DNA of 61,947 nucleotides, filler included. It is 5 parts of 5 records of this genome, joined end to end, with 100 filler letters (N's around TTAATTAATTAA, not from the genome) between each part and the next. Parts side by side here need not be neighbours in the genome. Positions count along the whole stretch, not along the records: positions 18,576 to 30,342 come from SRR2962707_1767; 4 more parts are not named here. The stretch is one strand, 5' to 3'. Position numbers and translations under genes: made by a program. Positions 19,453-27,333 of this stretch are shown here, in pieces. The notes beneath the pieces are model-generated. The model saw nothing but the letters and a program-made list of their open reading frames with translations, did not search any database and was not told where the DNA came from. Within the stretch, counting starts at the first letter, position 1; each line of letters opens with the position of its first letter.

Positions 19453-21117
19453 CTATTGCTTCGCCCAGTTATCTCTTAATGTAATCGTCCGATTGAAAAC
19501 CAGATGATCTTCGGTTGAATCTTCGTCCACACGGAAGTATCCGATCCGTTCAAACTGCATTTGATTACCGACTTTCGCATCTTTTAGTGATGGCTCTACT
19601 ACTGCCTTTTTGTTGATGGTGAGTGAGTCCGGATTCAGGTGATTTTTGAAATCATCCTCGATCGTATTCAGGTTCTCCGTTTTGAACAGACGATCATATT
19701 CCCGCACTTCCACATTCACCGCATGAGGCACGGAAACCCAGCCAAGTGTTCCTTTCACTTTCTTGCCACTGGTATCCTGTCCGCTTCTTGTTTCAGGATC
19801 ATATTCCGCATATAATTCTTCGATGGCGCCATCGTCTGCTTTTTTGTAGCCGGTGCATTTAATGATGTATCCAAATTTCAGTCGCACCTCACGATCAGGC
19901 CCCAGTCGATACCACTTTTTCGGACTTGGAGGGTCTTCCATAAAATCAGCTTGATCCACATAGATCTCTCGCGTAAATGGCATTTCTCTGGTTCCTGCAG
20001 ACTCGTCACCCGGGTTATTTACACCTGTCATCATCTCCACCTTGTCTTCCGGCCAGTTGGTGATGATCACTTTCAGCGGATTCATGATTCCAAAAACCCG
20101 ATTGGTATTGGCATTCAGATCTTCCCGAACGGCATGCTCCAGCACAGCAATATCTGTAATTCCATCTCGCCTTGCCACGCCTATGGTATCAGCAAATTTT
20201 CGGATGGATGCGGGTGTGAATCCTCTGCGTCTGATGCCGGAAAGCGTAGGCATACGTGGATCGTCCCAGCCCTTCACATGACCAAGCTCTACCAGTTCAC
20301 GCAGTTTTCTTTTGCTTACAATTGTATAGCTCAGGTTCAGTCGGGCAAACTCGGTCTGCTTGGAAGGAAAGATTTCCAATTCTTTTATAAACCAGTCATA
20401 AAGTGGACGGTGTACTTCGAATTCCAGTGTACAAAGTGAGTGTGTCACATGTTCAATGGAATCGGACTGTCCATGTGCAAAATCATATGTCGGATAAATG
20501 CACCACTGGTAGCCAGTGCGGTGATGAGGCAGCTGCTTGATCCGATACAGGATAGGATCACGCATGTGCATATTAGGTGAGCTTAAGTCGATTTTAGCTC
20601 GCAATACTTTTTCACCATTTTTAAACTCCCCGGACCGCATACGCTCGAATAGATCCAGGTTTTCTTTTACTGGTCGATCCCGGTATGGGCTAGGCTTTCC
20701 CGGCTGTGTCGGGGTTCCTTTTAATATGTTGAATTCTTCTTGTGACAAATCATCCACATAGGCAGATCCTTTCTCGATCAACTTGATGGCCATTCGATAG
20801 AGCTCCTCGAAATAATCCGAGGCGTAGTACTCACGGTCTTCCCAGTCGAATCCCAGCCATTTAATATTGGACTTAATCGAGTCTACATATTCTGTTTCTT
20901 CCTTATCAGGATTCGTGTCATCAAATCGGAGGTTGCACTTACCGTTGTATTTCTTAGCCAACCCGAAATTGAGGCAGATGGACTTGGCATGACCGATGTG
21001 AAGATACCCGTTTGGTTCAGGGGGGAAACGAGTTACGATCGAATCGTACTTTCCTTCCTTCAGGTCTTTCTCGATCATCTGTTCGATGAAATTCAAAGAT
21101 TTTTTTGCCTCGTCCAT
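19453..21117 (-). CDS. glnS: Glutamine--tRNA ligase
   Basis: TRFPPEPNGYLHIGHAKSI, LRFDDTNP, SKRKL, GWDDPRMPT, QFERIGYF, VFNRT. Confidence 0.97.
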   Translation of the reverse strand: MDEAKKSLNFIEQMIEKDLKEGKYDSIVTRFPPEPNGYLHIGHAKSICLNFGLAKKYNGKCNLRFDDTNPDKEETEYVDSIKSNIKWLGFDWEDREYYASDYFEELYRMAIKLIEKGSAYVDDLSQEEFNILKGTPTQPGKPSPYRDRPVKENLDLFERMRSGEFKNGEKVLRAKIDLSSPNMHMRDPILYRIKQLPHHRTGYQWCIYPTYDFAHGQSDSIEHVTHSLCTLEFEVHRPLYDWFIKELEIFPSKQTEFARLNLSYTIVSKRKLRELVELGHVKGWDDPRMPTLSGIRRRGFTPASIRKFADTIGVARRDGITDIAVLEHAVREDLNANTNRVFGIMNPLKVIITNWPEDKVEMMTGVNNPGDESAGTREMPFTREIYVDQADFMEDPPSPKKWYRLGPDREVRLKFGYIIKCTGYKKADDGAIEELYAEYDPETRSGQDTSGKKVKGTLGWVSVPHAVNVEVREYDRLFKTENLNTIEDDFKNHLNPDSLTINKKAVVEPSLKDAKVGNQMQFERIGYFRVDEDSTEDHLVFNRTITLRDNWAKQ

Positions 21118-21134
21118 AATTTGAAATTAGGCTG

Positions 21135-21142
21135 CAAAAGTA
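21135..21142 (-). promoter_or_regulatory. Bacteroidota -7 promoter element for glnS
   Basis: TACTTTTG matches TAnnTTTG, 17 nt upstream of the glnS ATG. Confidence 0.6.
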
Positions 21143-21275
21143 GGGCAATGATCACTCAAAATCTATCCTGATGTGTTTCAACTTCAATAAGGTCAAAAAT
21201 TCCTGAATGATCAAGGAGGGTATTTTAAACATTCTCCGTCTAAAAGGAGGAATGAATATTAAAACCGTAGAGTGA

Positions 21276-21440
21276 ATGATAAAGCTATTTAGAAAAACCA
21301 ATATTGAATCTCTTCAAAGAAAATATGATAGGCTCATGCATGATGCTTATATCCTATCAAAAGCCAATCCGGAGGAGAGCATGAAACGACAGGTGCAAGC
21401 CCTGGAGGTGCAGCGTGATATTTTAGCTAGAAGCAAGTAA
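21276..21440 (+). CDS. Small protein (54 aa), Lacal_2735 family-like
   Basis: MIKLFRKTNIESLQRKYDRLMHDAYILSKANPEESMKRQVQALEVQRDILARSK*; LF..K...LQ.KY..LM..A..LS..N...S pattern; below the ORF-track cutoff. Confidence 0.8.
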   Translation: MIKLFRKTNIESLQRKYDRLMHDAYILSKANPEESMKRQVQALEVQRDILARSK

Positions 21441-21513
21441 CCAAATTTTCCGATTTAGCAGTCTTGTCGAGCATACCGGAAAACCAATTTTAACTAATGA
21501 AGTTTAAGCTGGT

Positions 21514-21951
21514 ATGAAAATCACAATTTCCACGAAAGTCGGGGCTAAGCTGGATCGGGTAAAAGACGGATTTACAGAGAATCTTTTCCTGGCTCTTAAT
21601 CCACCTTTTCCTCCTGTGAAACTGAAGCAGTTTGATGGATGCACGGCTGGTGACAAGGTGGCGTTGGAATTGAATTTCATTTTCTTCAAACAAATGTGGG
21701 TATCGAACATCATTGAGGATTTTAAGACAGAATATCAATGGTATTTTGTGGACGTTGGGGAGCAACTCCCATTTTTTCTAAAGTCATGGAATCATCTTCA
21801 TGAGGTAAGGGCGGTAAGTAAAGGGGCTAAAATTGTGGATGACATCACTTACAGCACGGGTTATTTGCTAACAGATCTGCTGATGTATCCTGTGTTTTAC
21901 CTGCAGTTTTTGTACAGAAAGCCGATTTACAAGAAGAGGTTCAAAGGATAA
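21514..21951 (+). CDS. SRPBCC-superfamily protein
   Basis: LNPPFPPV...FDG, YFVDVGEQLPFFLKSWNHLH, IVDDITY, FLYRK. Confidence 0.75.
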   Translation: MKITISTKVGAKLDRVKDGFTENLFLALNPPFPPVKLKQFDGCTAGDKVALELNFIFFKQMWVSNIIEDFKTEYQWYFVDVGEQLPFFLKSWNHLHEVRAVSKGAKIVDDITYSTGYLLTDLLMYPVFYLQFLYRKPIYKKRFKG

Positions 21952-22011
21952 ACTCCCAATAGCTCATATCGACCCATCGGTCAACTTTATCATCTTTCTT
22001 AAAAGATAATT

Positions 22012-22053
22012 ACTATAAAAATAGTAATAAAACTATTGTTATAGTTATACTTG
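22012..22053 (+). promoter_or_regulatory. Twin palindromic operator (ACTAT-N4-ATAGT x2) abutting a -7 promoter; probable leaderless start at 22058
   Basis: ACTATaaaaATAGT 22012-22025, ACTATtgttATAGT 22032-22045, TATACTTG 22046-22053, ATG 22058. Confidence 0.8.
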
Positions 22054-22057
22054 CGAA

Positions 22058-22978
22058 ATGAAGTCAATTATATCACTTATTATTTTGATTAGCCTGAGCT
22101 GTAACCTTTATGCTCAACAGAAAATGAGTATTACCATTGATGATCTGCCAACGGTAGACTATGGGCTTGATAATCACGCAGAAATTACGAATGGATTATT
22201 GAGTGCACTCAAAAGCCATGATGTACCTGCTGTTGCTTTTGTGAACGAAGGAAAGCTTTACGAAGATGGTCAGTTAAACAATGAGAAAGTAGAGTTATTG
22301 AAGTTATGGATAGAGGCGGGTCATGAGCTTGGCAATCACACTTATTCGCACATGAATTATCACAATGGGAACCTTGAGGAATATGGCAAAGATATTTTAA
22401 AAGGAGAGCAGATCATTCGTCCGCTCTCTGAAAAATACGGCAATGAATTCCGCTACTTCCGTCATCCATACCTGCGAAGTGGTGCCAATAAGGAAACCAG
22501 CGACTCTCTGAAGGCCTTCTTAATAAGTAAGGATTACATTGAGGCGCCCGTGACGATCGATAATGAAGAGTATCTTTTTGCTAAGGCCTACGCGGTTGCC
22601 ATACGAAAAGGAAATGATGAGCTGGCAGAAAATGTGGCTAAGGAATATTTGAAATACATGGAAGATCAACTGGAGTATTTCGAGAAGGCTTCCAATGATC
22701 TCTTGGGCAGAAACATGGATCATGTCCTACTTATTCATGCCAATTATCTCAATGCAATGTACCTGGATGACCTTTTGAGCATCTATGAGAAAAAGGGCTA
22801 CACGTTTTCCACCCTTGATGAGGTGATGAAAGACCCGGCGTATCAGCTGGAGGTGACCCGTTTTGGAAACTGGGGCATTTCCTGGGTTCAACGTTGGGGC
22901 ATGAGTAAAGGCCTTAAGGGTGACTTCTTTAAAGGAGAGGCTCAAACACCAGAATTTATCAGGGAACTGGCACAATAG
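22058..22978 (+). CDS. Secreted polysaccharide deacetylase (CE4/NodB family)
   Basis: Signal peptide; TIDDLP, GNHTYSH, FRHPYL, LLIH motifs. Confidence 0.92.
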   Translation: MKSIISLIILISLSCNLYAQQKMSITIDDLPTVDYGLDNHAEITNGLLSALKSHDVPAVAFVNEGKLYEDGQLNNEKVELLKLWIEAGHELGNHTYSHMNYHNGNLEEYGKDILKGEQIIRPLSEKYGNEFRYFRHPYLRSGANKETSDSLKAFLISKDYIEAPVTIDNEEYLFAKAYAVAIRKGNDELAENVAKEYLKYMEDQLEYFEKASNDLLGRNMDHVLLIHANYLNAMYLDDLLSIYEKKGYTFSTLDEVMKDPAYQLEVTRFGNWGISWVQRWGMSKGLKGDFFKGEAQTPEFIRELAQ

Positions 22979-22985
22979 CTTCTTA

Positions 22986-25169
22986 ATGAGACGTATTCTT
23001 TTTCTGCTTCTGTCCATTGGGGGTAGCTTTAGTTTTGGACAGAGTAATCTTTCAGACTATGTGAAAAGTTACCTGGCTTTAGAAGACAGGAAGCTGGCTT
23101 TTGTTCACGCGAAAGTCATCGACGGCAAAGGTCAGGAGATTGTTAATGATCAGACGATTTTGATTGAGGAAGGTACGATTGTGTCCATTGGTGATACAAG
23201 TCTCAATGAAATCCCGTCTGATTACAAGATAATTGATCTTTCAGGAAGAACTATCATTCCGGGTATTGTCGGCACACATAATCACATGCGACTACCACAA
23301 GGAGCCATGCTTTTTACGTCCCCTCGACTGTATCTGGCTGCTGGTGTCACCACCTATCAGACCTGTGGAACTGGAAATCCTGCGGAGGAAATCGCCATTT
23401 CAAATACCATCCAAAATGGAGAGGAACCCGGTTCTTTAATCGTGAATTCCGGCCCTTATTTCACCGGACCGGATGGGAAGTCCAATTTTGTCCGCTTCAC
23501 AAGCGAGAAAGCAGTGAGGGATACCATTGCATACTGGGCCAGCCGAGGTGTGGAATGGTTTAAAGTGTATCGTCACACCAGACCCGAAGATTTGAAGGTG
23601 ATCGTGGAGGAAGCACACAAACATGGCGCTAAGGTGACAGGTCATTTTTGTTCGACGACTTTTGAGGAAGCAGCACGCATCGGTGTGGATGCCATCGAGC
23701 ATGGATTCATTCACAGCTTTGATCACGCCGAAGATCACCAAACGGGTGTTTGCTCCGGTTCTCGATCCTTTCGCTCTGCTTTGGATATCAATTCTGAGGA
23801 AGTAGGAAGGATTCATCAGCTTTTGATTCGGGAAGGGGTGGCACTTTCTACCACACCATCGATACTGGAGGCACAAGTGGCATCCCGAGCTTACGCCGAT
23901 GAAAGAACACTGAATGCAATGGCGCCATTTCATGTGGAAGCCTATGAAACCCGTAGAAAAAGGATGGACGAGAAAGGCGATGATTGGTATTTTAAGCCCG
24001 AATGGCTGACAAAATCGTTGCAATATGATCGGCTCTTTTACCAAAGAGGGGGACTGCTTACTGCCGGACCTGATCCTGGTCTGCATAACCTCCCCGGTTA
24101 CGGCGATCAGAGAAATTACCAACTGTTGGTGGAAGCAGGGTTTAAACCACAGGAGGCGATTCAGGTGATGACAAGCAATGGTGCTGAGTTGTTGGAGTTG
24201 GATCACCTTGGGTCCATAGAAATCGGAAAACAGGCCGATTTAGTTATTCTGAATGGAGACCTGGAAAATGAAACGGATGCCATTGAAAAAGTGGGATTGG
24301 TGATAAAAGATGGTTGGGTGTTTGATCCTGAAAAATTGGTCGCCGATATTCATGGGCATGTGGGTTCCAGTAATGATGACTACATGACCTACCTGGGAAG
24401 AAGATCGCCAGGAAAAGTTCCTGAGCTTTTGGCACCTCATTTTATTTCAACAGATGAGCATGAGTTTGGATCTGTCTTCTCCAACGATGGTATGGAATTT
24501 TTTTTCGGAGTGGAAATGGAAGCGGGTGCAGAAATCAGGTATTCTGCAATGGAAAATGGTGTCTGGTCACCACCCAAACGACTTTCTGATAGCATCACAT
24601 TTACGCACAATGATCCCTTTCTTTCACCTGACGAGCAACGTCTTTATTTCATTGGAAATAAAGGAAATGACTATGATATCTGGTATTGTAAGCGAATGGG
24701 GAAGCGGTGGTCCGCCCCAATCAACACTGGTGCTAATATCAACAGTGCTGCCAATGAATATTACATGTCATTTACCGAAGATGGCAGCATGTACTTTTCA
24801 TCCAACCGTGAAACAGACAACTTTGATATCTACAAATCTCAACTGGTGGACGGACATTTTCAACAACCGATAAAAATTAGTGAACGGATAAACACGGAGA
24901 ATTATGAAGCAGATGTATTCATTGCTCCCGATGAATCCTACATGATCTTTTGCAGCATCAGAGAGGAGGGAGCAGGAAGTGGAGATCTTTATATTTCATT
25001 TAAAGATGATGCTGGTGACTGGGGAGAAGCCACACCTTTTGATGGATCGATTAATACCGAGGCTCATGAGCTTTGTCCATTTGTTACCAGAGATGGCAAG
25101 TATTTTCTATTTACCCGCGGAGGTGACATTTATTGGGTAAGTGCCGAAATCATCGAAAGCTACCGGTAA
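22986..25169 (+). CDS. Secreted amidohydrolase fused to a C-terminal PD40/TolB-like beta-propeller
   Basis: IIPGIVGTHNH, WFKVY, VTGH, IEHG, AGPD, GSIEIGKQADLVIL; then PFLSPDEQRLYF, FIAPDESYMIF, CPFVTRDGKYFLF; start at MRRILFL (22986). Confidence 0.88.
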   Translation: MRRILFLLLSIGGSFSFGQSNLSDYVKSYLALEDRKLAFVHAKVIDGKGQEIVNDQTILIEEGTIVSIGDTSLNEIPSDYKIIDLSGRTIIPGIVGTHNHMRLPQGAMLFTSPRLYLAAGVTTYQTCGTGNPAEEIAISNTIQNGEEPGSLIVNSGPYFTGPDGKSNFVRFTSEKAVRDTIAYWASRGVEWFKVYRHTRPEDLKVIVEEAHKHGAKVTGHFCSTTFEEAARIGVDAIEHGFIHSFDHAEDHQTGVCSGSRSFRSALDINSEEVGRIHQLLIREGVALSTTPSILEAQVASRAYADERTLNAMAPFHVEAYETRRKRMDEKGDDWYFKPEWLTKSLQYDRLFYQRGGLLTAGPDPGLHNLPGYGDQRNYQLLVEAGFKPQEAIQVMTSNGAELLELDHLGSIEIGKQADLVILNGDLENETDAIEKVGLVIKDGWVFDPEKLVADIHGHVGSSNDDYMTYLGRRSPGKVPELLAPHFISTDEHEFGSVFSNDGMEFFFGVEMEAGAEIRYSAMENGVWSPPKRLSDSITFTHNDPFLSPDEQRLYFIGNKGNDYDIWYCKRMGKRWSAPINTGANINSAANEYYMSFTEDGSMYFSSNRETDNFDIYKSQLVDGHFQQPIKISERINTENYEADVFIAPDESYMIFCSIREEGAGSGDLYISFKDDAGDWGEATPFDGSINTEAHELCPFVTRDGKYFLFTRGGDIYWVSAEIIESYR

Positions 25170-25175
25170 GATTGA

Positions 25176-26438
25176 TCACTTATTAAAACTGTGATAGGTC
25201 AGCTTTCTCCACAGCCATTCTATAGGTCCTTGTTTGTGGTTTCTCATCCATAGCCAGCTAAGTGTTAGTTGTACAATCCAAATCAAACCAACGATTGCCA
25301 GAAGTTCTGTTCTGTTGTATTCGTTGAATTTCCCCAGCCCGTAACCGTAGAAAATGAAACCAAGGATTATGCTTTGGAAAAGGTAGTTGGACAGTGCCAT
25401 TCTACCGATGGTTGAGATAGGCGTGAACTTAAATTTGGATAGGAATTTCTGATACACTCCATTGAGGATTAGAATGTAACTGATCCCAAGGAGTTCTTTT
25501 GGGAAAGTAAAGAGAACTCCCTTCCATGTGGATAATACAGGCATAAAGTATGCGTAGGTCCAGTGGTCATATCGAATGTAGTTGGCGATCAGGCTGAAGA
25601 GGAGCAGGGCGAGGGAAGCAGGCCAGTAGTATTTCCAAACCCGATAATTGTCGAAAATGCCCGAACGGTAAAGAATGATTCCGGCAATCATGGCAATTAA
25701 AGATCGGAGCAAGAGCCCTTGATAATACCACATTCCCTTGTGTACAGAAGCATGATGATAAGTCTCAATAAGATCGGATAAATAGGTTGACTTTTTTGCA
25801 GAGTAGAATGTTGTGTCTGCTTCTTTTCGTGCAAGCCTGTTCGACCAACGGGAAATATTTTTTATGTCTTGTACGGTTCTCAAGCTATCCGGAAGAAGAA
25901 GTGATTGCTCATATTGCGCATAGCTGGCTTTCCGATCATTTACCTGGTTGATAGAATTGCTGAGTAAAAGGCCGCCAAAAAGGAGGATAATGAAAATGAG
26001 GGTTGAGCTTTTGAATGACCGAAAAGGAAACAGAAGAAAACCGCAAATGGCATAATGGTAAAGCACATCACCATCCCAGATGAAATAGGCATGAATAACC
26101 CCGATAACAAAAAGCCAAAGCAATCGGCGGGAATAAATGTCCATTCCTTTGATGCCTATTTTTTTGCTTTCCATTCGTTCCAGGAAAATGTAAAAACCTG
26201 TTCCAAACAGCAGTGCGAACATGGTGTAAAACTTACCCTGTGTAAGGAAGTAGACCCAAAATCGTACAGCATGATCCGTTTCTGAAGAGAAGCCAAATTT
26301 GTAAGGACTCCATGGATCTGGATAAGCGAAATTTTCGATGTTAATGAAAAGGATTCCCAGAATGGCAATCCCTCGAAGAAAGTCCAGCGACCCTTTGCGT
26401 TCGTTTTGAAGGGTTGGCTGGGCGAGTGTTTGGTGCAT
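25176..26438 (-). CDS. DUF418 (YeiB-like) multi-pass membrane protein
   Basis: LDFLRGIAILGILFIN, GKFYTMFALLFG, GDVLYHYA, GRMALSNYLFQS, GPIEWLWRKLTY; ATG at 26438 preferred over TTG at 26444. Confidence 0.9.
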   Translation of the reverse strand: MHQTLAQPTLQNERKGSLDFLRGIAILGILFINIENFAYPDPWSPYKFGFSSETDHAVRFWVYFLTQGKFYTMFALLFGTGFYIFLERMESKKIGIKGMDIYSRRLLWLFVIGVIHAYFIWDGDVLYHYAICGFLLFPFRSFKSSTLIFIILLFGGLLLSNSINQVNDRKASYAQYEQSLLLPDSLRTVQDIKNISRWSNRLARKEADTTFYSAKKSTYLSDLIETYHHASVHKGMWYYQGLLLRSLIAMIAGIILYRSGIFDNYRVWKYYWPASLALLLFSLIANYIRYDHWTYAYFMPVLSTWKGVLFTFPKELLGISYILILNGVYQKFLSKFKFTPISTIGRMALSNYLFQSIILGFIFYGYGLGKFNEYNRTELLAIVGLIWIVQLTLSWLWMRNHKQGPIEWLWRKLTYHSFNK

Positions 26439-26441
26439 TCT

Positions 26442-26483
26442 CAAATATAACTATAATTATAGTTTATAAACTATTTTAATAGT
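26442..26483 (-). promoter_or_regulatory. Second twin palindromic operator (ACTAT-N4-ATAGT x2) abutting a -7 promoter; probable leaderless start at 26438
   Basis: ACTATaattATAGT 26450-26463, ACTATtttaATAGT 26470-26483, TATATTTG (minus, 26449-26442), ATG 26438. Confidence 0.8.
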
Positions 26484-26495
26484 TATTCGCCGTGA

Positions 26496-26987
26496 TCATT
26501 TTAAAACCAACTCCCAATAGCCCACATCAATCCAGCGATCAAACTTGTAACCGACTTCTTTAAACTCACCGATTTTTTGAAAGCCTAGCTTTTCGTGCAA
26601 GGTGCGACTTGCCTCATTTGGCAAAGACATACCCCCAATGATGGCATGATAGCCAAGGGCTTTTAGTTGATTCATTAACTCTGAATATAGTGGCAATCCA
26701 TATCCTTTGCCTCCCTGATCTTTATGAAGATAGATGGATGTTTCGGTCGTTTTTGAATAAGCCACTCTGGCTTTCCACTGCGTGGCATAGGCATAGCCGA
26801 CAACTTGATTTTGATCTTCCAGCACCAGCCATGGGAGGTTGAATTCATGCTGCACTTTCGCCATGCGTTTAACCATTTCCTCTGAATCAATTGGAGAGAT
26901 TTCAAAGGTGGCATGTGAGTGCAGAATGTAGTGATTGTAAATCTCTACGATTTTGCTTGCATCTTCCGGTTTTGCAGATCTTATCAT
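26496..26987 (-). CDS. GNAT N-acetyltransferase (phosphinothricin acetyltransferase/YncA-like)
   Basis: EIYNHYI...ATFE, VVGYAYA, LPNEASRTLHEKLGF, VGYKFDRWIDVGYW. Confidence 0.92.
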   Translation of the reverse strand: MIRSAKPEDASKIVEIYNHYILHSHATFEISPIDSEEMVKRMAKVQHEFNLPWLVLEDQNQVVGYAYATQWKARVAYSKTTETSIYLHKDQGGKGYGLPLYSELMNQLKALGYHAIIGGMSLPNEASRTLHEKLGFQKIGEFKEVGYKFDRWIDVGYWELVLK

Positions 26988-27166
26988 TTGAATGATTTGG
27001 AGAGCAGGTAATTCTCAATAAAGATAGTATGATTCGGGATTGAACTTTTCGGTGATGTCTAAATATTTTCATCGAAAAATTCCCACTGTTCGAAGAGTAA
27101 GTTTATTACGGGTCAGCATCATTTCTATATTCGCCACCGAGAAACTTTAAACACCCTAGTACAGCT

Positions 27167-27331
27167 ATGTTAAATCTATTCAAATCTTCGAAAGTAAGCT
27201 CTATGCAAAAGAAGTACGACCGCCTGATGAAGGAGGCATACGACCTTTCAAAATCCAATCCGGAGGAAAGCCTGAAAAAATAAAAAGAGGCACAGGAGAT
27301 TCAACGACAAATCATCGCTATGCCTCTATAG
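27167..27331 (+). pseudogene. Second Lacal_2735-like small gene with an in-frame TAA at codon 39
   Basis: MLNLFKSSKVSSMQKKYDRLMKEAYDLSKSNPEESLKK*KEAQEIQRQIIAMPL*; same 54-codon length as the 21276 copy; TAA (27281-27283) aligns with its Gln39; TATATTCG -7-like box at 27126-27133. Confidence 0.78.
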
Positions 27332-27333
27332 TG

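Noticed and set aside
23436-24206. 256-aa antisense ORF inside the amidohydrolase (and similar shadow ORFs in glnS, miaB and the adhesins)
   Set aside because: No recognisable motifs; fully overlaps well-supported genes on the opposite strand
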